64,000 nt of DNA from Felis catus (GCF_018350175.1 NC_058368.1:186374001-186438000), one strand, 5' to 3'. Positions 1 through 12,340 are shown, counted from the first letter of the stretch. Notes: generated from the letters alone by a model not told the origin. Made by a program: numbers and translations.

Positions 1-846
1 CTTTTGTCCCTCCCTCTCCCTTTCCCTTCCTCTTGTATTGCTTCCTTTTTCTTTTCTTCCCTTCTTGCTTTTCTCTTTTCTTGACAACTCAAAAAAGCAG
101 AAGATAAAAAGTCTCCAGTAACTACTTATCCACAGTTACATTTTCCTAATTAAATGAGGCAACTATATAAAGATTTATTTTTACTTCAATTTTAGTATTT
201 ATATTTTACTTTTAGGGGGAGATAGTACCTGAGAACTATGAAAAAATACCATGATACACTTTGTTCTAGAAGACTAGTTCAGATTTTCATTGCCACTTAC
301 TATAAATACTCTCTTACGAATCCTACAGCCATCTGTACCTGGAACAGAGTTCCCAGAACACCTACTGGTCCATTCGTAACACAAAAGGTACAACATACTA
401 GCCTTTCCAAATGATGCTCTCTACTGTTTAGTAAAATATACTGAGAAGGATGTGCCACAGAAAATAGCTATATTTTAAGTTTCATAGATATTCTCAATAT
501 ACTCTTATATGGCGTATCATCTTTGTTGTTTTTTCTTTTTGCTACTCTAAAAATTTACCAGGACTTCGTAAAGATGGGGAAAATCTTACCTTTGTAGAAA
601 AAAATCAGTGCATGATATGTGGCCAGAAGAGAGGACTTTAAAATGTCCCTTAGGTTAAAGCATTCAAGCAAAGTAGTGAAATGTGAGGGAGATTAAGCCA
701 GGAATCTGCTCTAATGGCCATGCCCTCCAAGCATGAGCACACATATTGTATTAGGACTCTGGAACCAAGCTTGGTAACAATGCCCAATACTGTTAGTTCT
801 GGGACTCTGCCCTCCCTTCACCAAATAAAACTACCCTCCTCACTCA

Positions 847-1032
<186 letters not shown>

Positions 1033-1174
1033 CTATCCTGAAGCAATCTCAGTAGCAGGAACCCTTGGGTTTTTCAACCCTGAAAACTCATACCAGTTGT
1101 GTTATTTTGAAATTGTTCTGGTCAATTTGGGGGAATTTAAGGAATGCAAGAGAACTAAGTTAATACTCTAATAA

Positions 1175-1385
1175 TAAAAACTATAACAATAACACATCTT
1201 GATAGCTTTAATGGGACAAATGTTAAGAAAAGTGCTTTACATGGAGAATCTCACTCTATACTCACGTAACTCTATGAAGCAAGCACTGTTCATACACCCA
1301 CACTACAGCTGAGGAAGCTGAGGCTTAGAGGGTTCAAATAATGTTCATAAAAGGTCACGAACAGAGGAAGGGGCAGAGACCTGAT
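1175..1385 (-). mobile_element. MIR SINE in GABRA6 intron 2
   Basis: Reverse MIR core (gtgctttacatg...acagctgaggaagctgaggcttagagggtt). Confidence 0.7.
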
Positions 1386-1519
1386 GGGAACACATGGCCT
1401 TTCCCAGTACCCCTGCACGTTACCACTCTGCCATCCTTCTGAAGCCTCTGGATGCTAGAACAGCAGGAAGGGAGAAGGAGAGAACACATGTTTGGTCTAG
1501 TAGGGATACTGTCTCTCAC

Positions 1520-1638
1520 CTCCAAATCCCGGCCTCAGACGATTGTCATAGCCTTCAAGCAAGTTGTCTAGGATCCGACTGATGTTTTCTGAGTAGAAGT
1601 TGCCTTCATCTTCAAGTTTCCCTAGGGTATTTTCTACC
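1520..1638 (-). CDS. GABRA6: GABRA6 coding exon 2 (119 bp)
   Basis: ctactcacag|G GTA GAA ... TTT GGA G|gtgaga gives (W)[39 protein letters not shown](G). Contains the Cys-loop receptor [15 protein letters not shown] helix and an N-I-S sequon; phases fit exons 1 and 3. Confidence 0.98.
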
Positions 1639-1787
1639 CTGTGAGTAGACAGTCAATGATCCTCACTCCCAGCCTCAGAGAAAATAGGCTGTCCAATCCA
1701 CCCTCATATACTCCACCACAAATACATGCCATACCACCCAGGCTTCTTCCATGATTTGGTACAGAAGTCACCCAGTTGGTGTGCACT

Positions 1788-1808
1788 TTCACTTTCCTTA
1801 GCGCTGAA
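1788..1808 (-). promoter_or_regulatory. RE1/NRSE-like element in GABRA6 intron 1
   Basis: Minus strand TTCAGCGCTAAGGAAAGTGAA versus RE1 consensus TTCAGCACCACGGACAGCGCC: 14/21 identities with canonical spacing, ~25 nt into intron 1. Confidence 0.4.
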
Positions 1809-1832
1809 GGGAAAAAACAAAATCTTACTCAC

Positions 1833-1870
1833 CATAGAATAATGTACAGCCAGGGCAGAGGCGACGCCAT
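1833..1870 (-). CDS. GABRA6: GABA-A receptor alpha-6 subunit, coding exon 1 (signal peptide, 38 bp)
   Basis: Minus strand caggATGGCGTCGCCTCTGCCCTGGCTGTACATTATTCTATG|gtgagtaag gives MASPLPWLYIIL(W), matching the recalled human N-terminus MASSLPWLCIILW. Good Kozak context, phase-2 GT donor. Confidence 0.96.
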
Positions 1871-2350
1871 CCTGCAGAGCACTGCAATGCCCCAGTTCAC
1901 CCTCCTCCTGGCTTCTCCTCCCTCCTAACAAGCACCCCTTTGCCAATCAACTAGAGTAATATTCCAGACCCCTCATATCTCTTTTCCCTGTTTGCGTCCA
2001 GCCAGTAATCCGTAGATGAAGAGGTTACCAGAAAAACTTTGAAGGTCTCCCTTGCTCTCTTGTTCTCGTTTTTGCCTTTTCATGTGGAACAAGGTGGCTT
2101 ATGGTCTTAGACTACATCCTGATGGACATTCAGCCTCTTCTGGTGGACTCAGTTAGGAAACAAGAGTCTGAAAGGACACTGTATGGTCGGAGAGCAGTGA
2201 CAATAATTGAATAAGGCATTAGGGGAGATTAGAAGGAAGAAATCCACTGCTAGTTTTGGCATGGAATTAGCAGGTCCCTGTGAGAAAATCTGGAAAGCTG
2301 TGGCATCTTGCTGATTGAGATTATGTTCCAATGGCTCAGCATTTATTATT
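1871..2350 (-). promoter_or_regulatory. GABRA6: GABRA6 5'UTR and proximal promoter (TSS not resolvable from sequence)
   Basis: Repeat-free sequence directly upstream of the ATG, with no CpG island or clear TATA box. NFI half-sites (TTGGCA/TGCCAA) at 2256-2261 and ~1942-1947; NFI is an established Gabra6 activator in cerebellar granule neurons. Confidence 0.6.
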
Positions 2351-2557
2351 TCTGTGGTTCACAGAAGGATTCCTACACAGCTCTTACTGCTTATAAAATC
2401 TAACAATATTGAGATCCTTTTGGGTTATCTTTCTGATTTCATCAGCTTTATGGCATCAGATGCACCTTTCCTCCACATTTAAAATTACCCGTCATTATTC
2501 ATTGAAAAGCACTTACAATACACTAGAACAACTCCTGGTCGTCTGGCTGTTGGTTTA

Positions 2558-2640
2558 ATTTTTTTTTCTGTTTTTTTTTTGTTTGTTTGTTTGGTTGGTT
2601 GGTTGGTTTGGTTTGGTTTGGTTTGTTTGTTTGTTTGTGT
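2558..2640. repeat. Compound T/(GTTT)n/(GGTT)n microsatellite
   Basis: Seen directly. Confidence 0.9.
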
Positions 2641-2995
2641 TTATGTATTTTGCTTATTCTTCCTGTCAAAGATATGTCATCTCAAGCTAAGATATAAATA
2701 GGTCCTACCACTATCTTTAAAAACCCGGCCAATTTCATGGATGCTGCCTATAAGAGACAATGTCTGGAAATAGCTGATTAAGGTTCCCCATGTACAAATA
2801 CTGTAAGAATAAAGCATCCATGGACATGGTTAATGCTGATGTTGTGGGCACTATTTTAATAGGCTTGCCACAGGTGAACAGAGAAATGTTTGAACTGAAA
2901 AAATAGCATTCTTTACCTAGTCTGGTAGATGGAAGTTGGAAGAAAGGAAGTCACTTTAAACGTTAAAATTTTAAGCATTGTGAATCCCCCCTCTC

Positions 2996-3052
2996 ATATA
3001 TGTGTATATATATACTGTGTATATATATACATACGTATATATATATATATAT
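2996..3052. repeat. (TA)n-rich microsatellite
   Basis: Seen directly. Confidence 0.85.
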
Positions 3053-3692
3053 TTTTAAATAGTAATTCAGGAACACAAGAAATAGAAACAAGTGTCTCAC
3101 ATCACCATCTTCCTGCCAGATCTACACGGCATTCACCCACTTCGCAGTCTGTAGCTTCAGAATCTAAATTCTACAAAGGTGACCGTTCCTATTGCAGACA
3201 CATAGCACAGTCTTAAGAGTCATTTCTAAAGACATGACATAAATTATTTGTGGAACATTTCAATAAATTAGCTGTGACTAAGAAGAAACAATAGAAAAAA
3301 GGAAAGACTGCAAGATTTCTGTGAAGTAGTTTTTTTAAGATTACTGAATCTCACAGTTGTGTGGAATTTTCTGGTTATTCATCAACCCCCCCCCCCGCCC
3401 CGACACCCTCCAGTATTCCTGGCAAGTGGTATCCAGCATCTGTTTTCTCACATTGTCTTACTTGTGCTGAGCTGAAACCTGCCCCTAGTCCTAGCTCTCA
3501 CATTTGAAACTATACACAATGATTTGCTAGGGAAAGACCACATGGCAGCCATTTAAACAAAGCTATGTATCATGTCCTCTCAAATTTAAGCTCCTAAACA
3601 CTCCTAAAATCTTCTTTTTTTCATTACAGGACCTGGTTTCCATACCTCTTCTTCTTTTCACTCTAAACTTCTCCAGATGATGACTACAACAC

Positions 3693-4054
3693 ATTTTCTT
3701 TTTTTTTTTAATATAATTTATTGTCAGTTGGCTTACATACAATCCCTAGTGCTCATCCCAACAAGTGCCCTCCTCCATGTCCATCACCCATTTTCCCCTC
3801 TCCCCCACCCCCATCAACCCTCAGTCTGTCCTCTGTATTTAAGAGTCTCTTATGCTTTGCCTCCCTCCCTCTCTGTTTGTAACTATTTTTCCCCCTTCCC
3901 TTCCACCATGGTCTTCTGTTAAGTTTCTCAAGATAAGTTTTCTCAAGATATGAGTGAAAACATATGATATCTGTCTTTCTCTGACTGACTTATTTCATTT
4001 AGCATAATACCCTCCAGTTCCACCCACATTGCTGTAAATGGAATGATTTCATTT
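3693..4054 (-). mobile_element. Carnivore L1 3' end, 5'-truncated
   Basis: Poly-T followed by the L1 3'UTR reverse complement (gtgctcatcccaacaagtgccctcctc, cccatcaaccctcag, cttatttcatttagcataatac); similar to the copy at 58.5 kb. Confidence 0.9.
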
Positions 4055-4319
4055 AATTTCACTATAAATACTCAGGGATGATTAAAGAAAATTATTGCAC
4101 AGAAAAAGCAAACTTAGTACCAGACACTAAATAGTACTTTCTATGATAGAAAAGAGGCATTAGTATAGAAGGGGCTTGAACCAAAGGATTCTGGTATTTA
4201 TGTAACTACTTCCCACCTAGTAAGGACATTTTTCCCTGTTTGCTTAGAAACTGTTATGGAGAGCAAGTCAGTCTAAAAATAATGAATGCAATTTAAGACT
4301 GTATTAGTGAAAATTAACA

Positions 4320-4520
4320 TAATATTAATAATAAATACCAAATATTTAGCATTTACCATATTCCTAGAATTATGTTAAGAGCTCCATATACTCCAACTCA
4401 TTCACTACTAACACAAAAATCTGAGTTGTCTATAATTGAGTCCATTTTGTAAATCAGCAAGTATGTAACTTGCCTAATTTCACAGCTAAAAAATGGCAGG
4501 ATCAGAATTCAAAACTAGGT
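4320..4520 (-). mobile_element. MIR SINE
   Basis: Degenerate reverse MIR (tccattttgtaaat...gtaacttgcctaa...ggcaggatcagaattcaaa). Confidence 0.55.
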
Positions 4521-4814
4521 ATAAGCTAAGGCCATGGGGTAGAAGCCAGTGAAAAATAAGTTTCCATTCTATTAAAGAAATAGTTTCTAATTGTGGTATT
4601 TATCCAAAGAAGGAAGGAGTACCATAGGAGAAAATGAGCTTCCTGTTAACAAAATGTTCAAGTATACCATGAAATGCCATGGACAGGTTTCATGAATGTA
4701 TGTTTCAGGAGGAAATTACATAATCCATAAGAACATTCAGTAGGAGATTGAGGCTATTTGGGGGCATCCTAAAGAAGAGCTTTTTGACAGAGACCTTGAG
4801 TGAATATTTGTGGG

Positions 4815-5038
4815 GTTTTTTAATGTCTGTTTTTTTTTTCTGTTTTTTTTTTTTTTTTTTTTTTTTACTTTTTAGAGCATGGGAGCAGGGGAAGTGCAGA
4901 TAGAGAGAGGGAGACAGAGAATGTGAAGAGGCTCTACATTGCTAGTGCAAAGCCCAACATGGGGCTTGAACCCACAAACGTAGAATCATGGCTAAGCAGA
5001 AGTCAGACATTCAACTGGCTGAGCCACCCAGGCACTCC
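4815..5038 (-). mobile_element. Carnivore SINE (Can-SINE/SINEC)
   Basis: Poly-T, (GA)n, tRNA-derived head ending gagccacccaggcactcc; TSD agtgaatatttg. Confidence 0.92.
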
Positions 5039-5194
5039 TCAAGTGAATATTTGGATTCAAAGATTCTGCTATGGAGTTATTCTGGAGTGATATGAGAAGG
5101 AGGATTTAAAGAGCTTCCTCCTAGTGGTAAAATGGGTCTGGGAGGTACTGGAGGACAAAACTACTAAAGGAAGAAGAAAAAGTGGTAGATTATA

Positions 5195-5385
5195 TAATAA
5201 TAGTTAATATTTATTGAATGCTTATTATGTCAATTGTGTACATTGTCATTATCTCTAATCTGTGCAACTGCCTTACAAGCAGCTATTTTCATTTTTATTT
5301 TACAAAAGGATAAAATGAGGCATACAACAGGTATGTAACTACCTTAATGTCCCAGAGCTAGTTATACTGCTGATTCCAAAGTATA
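5195..5385 (-). mobile_element. MIR SINE
   Basis: aatatttattgaatgcttattatg...attttacaaaaggataaaatgaggc. Confidence 0.65.
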
Positions 5386-5739
5386 CACTATTATACACTA
5401 TGATTTATGTATGGCAACTCTGACTCCATTTTCTAAAGTTGGTCCTCTTAAACTCTTGACCAACAATATTTTTTTATATTGTTAAGGGATACCCAACCTC
5501 TCAGTGGACACTGTAGAAAATTCCCATGCAATATTGTTTGGGAATCCAGTGCAATAAGGACAAAATTGCTCTGGGAAACAAATGGCAATAAAGGGACGGT
5601 CCTCTGGTCACCAGCTTAAAATTGTTTTGGCTTGGTTAGCAATAGAACATTGAATACATTATATGGCAGAAAAGTATAGGCAGGCAATATAAATTTCAAA
5701 TCTGAAAACACAAATATGGAGGGACCAAAAGTCATGTCA

Positions 5740-5951
5740 GGGCGTCTGGGTGGCTCAGTTGGTTAAGTACCCGGCTTCCACTCAGGTCATGATCTCAAGG
5801 CTTATGAGTTCAAGCCCCGTGTCAGGCTCTGGGCTGACAGCTCAGAGCCTGGAGCCTGCTTCAGATTCTGTGTCTCCGTCTCTCTCTGCCCTTCCCCCTC
5901 TCAGGCTCTGTCTGTCTGTCTGTCTCTCAAATAAGTAAGTAAATAAAATAA
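5740..5951 (+). mobile_element. Felid SINE (SINEC_Fc type)
   Basis: A box (tggctcagttgg), B box (gttcaagcc), gctcagagcctggagcctg, CT tract, A tail. Confidence 0.93.
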
Positions 5952-5999
5952 CAGGTTATTGAATTCATGATTTATACCTGTTCAACCAGTATCCGTCCA

Positions 6000-6720
6000 A
6001 TTTAATGTTTGTTTATTTATTAAGTGCTTGTTTTATGCTTGTTTTATGCTTGTTTTATGAGTGCTTGTTTTATGAGGATATAGAAATTAAAAAAAAAATA
6101 ATGCTCACCTTCAGTAAGCTCACATTCTAGATGTTAATATCAATGTAATAGAACTGAATGGTAAACATATATATTATTAACCATGTGCTATGGTAACACA
6201 TACCAAAAAGGCATCTGTGGGGGATGGTGGTCAGTGATTATTTCATGAAAGACACAACATTTGGACTGAGCTTGAGAAGTTGAATAAACTTCTAGTAGAT
6301 TGAAAAAGGCCATTCCAGGGCACCTGGTGGCTTAGTTGGTTAAGTATATGACTCTTGATTTCAACTCAGGTCATGATCTCATGGTTTGTGAGATTGAGCC
6401 TCACATCAGGCTCTGCACTGACAGTGTGGAGCCTGCATGGAATTCTCTCTCCCTCCCTCTCTCTGTTCCTCCCCCCACCTTGTGCTCACTCACTCTCTCT
6501 CTCTCTCAAAATAAATAAATAAACTTTAAAAAAAAAAACAAGAAAAGGCCATTCTAGGCTGCATGATGAACTCAGAGGTGTGGCCATTCATGTTGTTTAT
6601 AAACAGCAAATAACTCTGAGAAACTGGAAAATAGGAAACAAAGAATGTCATGGATAAAAAGACTGGAAGATAAACATAGTCCAATAGAGGGAGATTTTCA
6701 TGCTCCTCACTGGAGGATTT
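6000..6720 (-). mobile_element. L2 fragment interrupted by a SINE
   Basis: Reverse L2 3' motifs (tttattaagtgctt, agctcacattctag, ctgagcttgag) on both sides of the SINE. Confidence 0.5.
6317..6541 (+). mobile_element. Carnivore SINE
   Basis: Typical head, CT tract and A tail; TSD aaaaggccattc. Confidence 0.93.
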
Positions 6721-6889
6721 GAGAAAAGCATGGCCATGTGTAGAAGACTATGATGACATTGTTTAAGTAATTCGTAACAGCACTTTTTCTCTGAGAATTG
6801 CCCTGCTATTTTATAGGGGTAGGGACTTATTTCTCATGTTTGTCCTGCTTGATCTCATATCAACCCACCACTGATTATACAGAAGACTG

Positions 6890-7070
6890 GGATACCACTT
6901 TGATATCAGGTAACTTGGGTTCATTAGCAGGCAAGTTACTTAGGAAAATTAGTTATTATCTCTAGGTATCATCTTCATCACCATTAAATGGAATTATAGG
7001 GGCTTGGTGAGGATGAAATTTAAAAATGCATTAAGACGTTTTCACAGGATATTGTCCATAGTAAATAAAA
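6890..7070 (+). mobile_element. MIR SINE
   Basis: ggcaagttactt...gtgaggatgaaat...aatgcatt. Confidence 0.5.
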
Positions 7071-8497
7071 AACAAAAATACCATCAACATCACTACCAAC
7101 ATCACCCATAATTATCATTGCCATTGTCATTTTGGGCCATTTTTTTTCTCTAGCATTTAAAAATGAGATGAAAAAATTACAGATTGGTCTGTGTCATTTG
7201 CTAAGGTTGCCAGTGTTAGAGGAAGGCATGTTTGGCCAAATTCACGCAACATCAAAGAAATATCTGTGAAGAGAGAGGAAAAAACAAAAATGCATCAGCC
7301 TTACAGAAAGCAGCAGAAACAAATCACTTCAACCCCAAATCTGCAAGAGCGGCTGCCCAGATTTTTGATGGCCTCCCTGATTCCATTCCTTCATAATCTA
7401 GGTATCATTTCTTCCCTCGAGTTCCTTCTGAAAGCACTGTATCCTTATTATTAATTATTTTTAATTTTTATTTATTTATCTTTGCTCCAGATAAGTGGAT
7501 TACTGTCACTAGCTCCTAAAGGGTCTTTTAACTCAGAGACTACATCCCAAACCCGAAAACAAAATTTCAGATGATGATACATTATGACAGCTGGATGGAC
7601 TGACTGCATACCTAGAGCAAACCTAGACAAAGTGGAATTATGAGTGTACTTCCTGTGCCTTCTGGAAAGGAAGGTGCTAATTGGCAAATACATAATGATC
7701 TTGCTGCCTAATGAATCTCTCACACCTCCACAGAGTAGAATAAGCATTTCAGTAAACTGCATGAACTCTTTCAGGCCACTAGGGGACTACTGAGCATCAT
7801 TCTGGCAGTGCTACCCATGCCCCAGAATCTGTTTGCCTATTTATCAGGTGCTTGGAGTATAGGAAAAAGAGGACAGAATTTTGGGTTCAAGCCCAGTGAT
7901 GAGCTCTGGGGAAATGTTATAGAAGAACAAAGCAGAATGGAAGTCTATTAACATGGATTCTGTTGGACTTGGATAAGATGTAAATTCCAAACCTACTGCC
8001 TGTAAAGGGATATTCTCAAAGCAGGTTATAAAAATAAACATTTGAAAGTGCCATGGAAAGGTCAGAGGCTTCCATGCGAATAATTTTGTCCTTCATGTTG
8101 TTATATTAAATGACTTTATGTTACTTCTTAGAATAAAATAGAAGAGGCTTGCCATTTATATAGGAGTGATTTAATCTGAGGGGGAAAAAAAGTGATGGGG
8201 TGGGTGGGAAGTCTCTTCCAAAAAGAGGCTACGAGGTATTTGATGCATAATTTGGAGCTAATGACTCAACAGTGACTGAACAATGTTACACACGCATGCT
8301 GCTGGTAAATGTTCTCTAACAAACCCTGACCATCAAAGACACACACAAATTATCTTAAAATAGACTTTTAACAGGCTTTGGAGAGAACAGGCTAGAAGTA
8401 GAGTATCCGATATGTCAGAATTAAAAGAGCTATATAGCACTATGAACTTGCAGTGAGCATATTGTCGTTGTTGGTGCCCATTTTACTATCATGGCAC

Positions 8498-8720
8498 TGT
8501 ATCAGTAAGGAATGTGTTAGATGTAAAAACAGAAAACTCAACTTGCAGTGTTGTAAACAAAATGGATTCTTTTTCCTACAGAAAAGGAGAAAATGACGGA
8601 CCTAGGCAGCTCCTGGCTTTGGCAGCTAAGTAATGCCAGAGCTGACAAGGCTGCATTTCATGGTTGTAATATGGCTACCTCAGTTTCAGTCATCATATCT
8701 GCATTCAACAGAAGAAATAA
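8498..8720 (-). mobile_element. Old MaLR (MLT1-type) LTR fragment
   Basis: tgtatcagtaagg...aacagaaaactcaact...atggctacctcag, resembling reverse MLT1J/K/L. Confidence 0.4.
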
Positions 8721-9390
8721 AGAATAGGGTCACAGGGCCCTGTCTGGTTCCAGAGGGAGCTGAGAAAGTCACAGATAGTCTTTGATTTCTGATTTAGGAA
8801 ATGAATAAATACAAATAGATGTTCAGATTAATCCACAAAAATCTTTTCATACTTACTATAGAAATCTAGGAAATTGAGTTGATTGCATAGCAAGTAATAT
8901 TCCTTTTTAGTTTTGTCATCCTTTATAATGTAGGTGGCCAAACAAGATGAGGATTAGGAATGAATGTTAAATGGGCCATCTGTCACAAGCAGGGAACTGC
9001 CTCTAGGTAGATTAATTACAATGAGATACCCCATATTCTGGTATAAAGTCTCAGGGAGTGGACTGCAGGCTACATTTCTGTTGCCACTGGCACACTCAGC
9101 TTTTGGGCCAGGCACAATCTGCACAAATACGTGGAGAAGCCCGGCAAGAGGCATATGAGAATTTTGCAAAATTTTTTTCTCAATAAATTCTTTCTCAATA
9201 TTTTAAAGATATTCTTCTGAATTCCGTTGTCATCTAATGCAAATAATACAGCTACTATCCAACGGTTAATAAAATAAGAGACCTGATAGTTAAAGCTCTT
9301 AGACCATCAAAGGCTTAAATGGTTGAAGCACATTAGTTTAGCTCCTACCAGAATTATCCTTCCTGGGTTCCATTTCAAAGTTATAAACTG

Positions 9391-9452
9391 ATATCTATAT
9401 ATCTATATATCTATATCTATCTATCTATCTGTCTATCTATCTATCTATCTAT
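9391..9452. repeat. (TATC)n microsatellite
   Basis: Seen directly. Confidence 0.9.
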
Positions 9453-11353
9453 AGTTTTTTTTTTTAATTTTCCTACAGGAAAGAATCAAAAGACATTGTA
9501 CCTATTACATCAATTAGTAGCCATTATATTAAGTCCCACTTGGGAAATTTCTTACAAAATTAAGTAATAGGAAAAACTTTGTCTTGAAAAGAAACTAAAA
9601 TAATATTTTTCTTTCTACAAACTATATAACTGAGCATGTTTCTCCTTTTGACCTTGACGCCTGGATACTCGGAGTCAAAACTGAATTATAGCTGACTTTT
9701 TTTGTGTTAATCTTCTCTTATCCTTGTACCTGTTTTTCTATTTCTATTCTACACTTTGCATTTGCTTTTTTTCTGAAAGGCTCCTCAAAACTTCTGGGGA
9801 AAAAGATAGAATATAAATAAATACTAGTCAGTGAAATAGCTATTGGTGATTTTCTGGGCCACTCATTCATTTGGGTCAATTATATCATATTTTCTATTGA
9901 TTACCTGGTATAGTGTTTGAACTGAAACCCAGGATTAAATAAGACACCAAATGGAGAAGACATTAAGCCTGAGAGGACAGTTGGAATCAGAAGATTCAGC
10001 AAAATCAGACACTGAACTAGAGATAATATATTTTACCGAAAAAAGGCAGTTACTTTGAAGTTCCTGACAATTTATACTTTGAAACTACATTAGCAAAATG
10101 TCACATATCTTCTCGTTTTAAAGGTAAGAAGGAAATACTGTTTTATTTATATGGTAAAAACAAAGTACTCTTTTTTTCTTTAGGTCTTTCTTCTTTAGGT
10201 TCACAGTAAAATTAAGAGGAAAGTACTGAGATTTCCCATATACCCTTACTCCCACACTTGCACTGTCTCATCTCTTATCAACATCTCCCACCACAGTGCT
10301 ACATTTGTTACAATTAATGAGCCTACACTGGCACATCATTATCACCCAAAGTCCATAGCTTACATTTTTTTTGTTCACTCTTGTACATTCTATGCGTTAG
10401 ATGAATGTAGAATGACATGTGTCCAAACGTCTAGTATCTTACAGAGTAGTTTCACTGCCCTAAAAATCCTCTGTGCTCTACCTATTCAACCTTTCCCTTG
10501 CCCAACCCGTGGAAACCACTGATGTTTTTACTGTCTACATAACTTTGCCTTCTCCAGAATGTCCTATAGCTGTAATTATATTGCATGTACATTTATATTG
10601 CATGTACATTTTCAGATTGGCTTATTTCACTTAGCAATATGCATGTAAGTGTCCTCCACACCTTTTTATGGCTTAACACTTCATTTTTTTAAACACGGAA
10701 AAATAGTCCATTGTCTGGATATACCACAGTATATTTGTCCATTCACCTACTGAAGGACATTTTGGTTGCTTCCAAATTTTGGTAATTGTGAAGAAAGCTG
10801 CAGTAGACAACTACGTGCAGGTTTGTATGTCAACGTAAGATTTCAGCTCTTTTGGGGAAATACTAAGGAGCACATTTGCTGGATCATATAAGAGAAGGTT
10901 TAGTTTGTAAGAAATCACCAAACTCTTTTCCAAAGTGTCTGTACCATTTTGAAATCCTACAAGGAGTGAATGAGAGGTTCTCGGGTACCGTGTCCTCACT
11001 AGCACTTGGTGTCTTCAGTGTTCTGGATCTTGACCATTCTTATAAGCATGTAGTAGTGTCACATAATTGTTTTAATTTTATTTCCCTAATGATATATGAT
11101 ATGGAGCATCTTTTCATAGGCGTATTTTCCATCTGTATAATAATGATTATACTTGGTGAGGTGTCTGAAAAAGTCTTTTGTCCACTTTTTAATCAAGTTA
11201 TTTGTTTTCTTATTTTTGAATTTTAAAAAATCTTTGCGTATTTTGGATAAGTCACTTTCCAGATATGTCTTTGGCAAGTATTTTCTCCCAGTCTGTGACT
11301 TGTCTTCTTATTCTCTTGACACTGTCTTTTGCAGAGCAGAAATTTATTTTTTA

Positions 11354-11598
11354 TTTTTATTTTTATTTTTATTTTTATTTTTTAAATTTTTTTTTCAACG
11401 TTTATTTATTTTTGGGACAGAGAGAGACAGAGCATGAACGGGGGAGGGGCAGAGAGAGAGGGAGACACAGAATCGGAAACAGGCTCCAGGCTCTGAGCCA
11501 TCAGCCCAGAGCCCGACGCAGGGCTCGAACTCACCGACCGCGAGATCGTGACCTGGCTGAAGTCGGACGCTTAACCGGCTGCGCCACCCAGGCGCCCC
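11354..11598 (-). mobile_element. Young felid SINE (SINEC_Fc)
   Basis: CpG-rich, near consensus, (TTTTTA)n tail, perfect TSD cagaaatttatttttta. Confidence 0.97.
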
Positions 11599-12215
11599 AG
11601 AAATTTATTTTTTAATGAAGTCCAGCTAATCAACTATCTTTTATGGAGTGTGTCTTTAGTATTCTATCTAAGAAGGTATCACCATACCCAACGTCATTCA
11701 GGTTTTCTCTTACACTATCTTCTAGTTTGGTGTTTAACATTTAGGTCTATGATCCATTTTGAGTTAATTTTTGTGAATGATGCAAGGCCTTGGTCTAGAT
11801 TAACTTTCTTGCATGTGGGAGTCTAGTTGTATAGTTGTCTTAGCACCATTTGTTGACAAGACTGTTTTGCTGCATTACATTGCCTTTGCTCTTTTGTCAC
11901 ATATAAGTTGATTATATTTATGGGGGTCTATTGTCATCTCTATATTCTCTTGCACTTATCTATTTGTCTATTCTTTCACGAATGCTACACTGTTTTGATG
12001 AGTAGCCTTATAGTAAGTTTATGAAGTTGGATAACATAAGCCCTCCAACTTTGTTCTTCTTCAGTATTGTATTAAGTATTCTCCATCTTTTGCCCCTCCA
12101 TATAAACTTTAGAATCAATTGTGAATATCCATAAAATAATTTGGTGTGGTTTTTATTGGGATTGCGTTGATGAATTGATGAACCTGTAGATTGAGTTAGA
12201 AATGACTGACATCGA

Positions 12216-12340
12216 GGGGCACCTGGGTGGCTCAGTCATTAGGTGTCTGTCTTTTGGTTTCAGCTCAGGTCATGATCTTACAGTTCTTGGGTTCCAGCCC
12301 CACGTTGGGCTCTGGGCTGACAGTGCTTAGCCTGCTTGAG

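Noticed and set aside
215..255. Plus-strand acceptor-like ttttag followed by EIVPENYEKIP*
   Set aside because: Antisense within GABRA6 intron 3, with no partner exon or recognisable homology.
1704..1946. 80-aa minus-strand ORF over GABRA6 exon 1
   Set aside because: Starts at a non-ATG codon, is in a different frame from the true start, and reads through the splice donor into intron 1.
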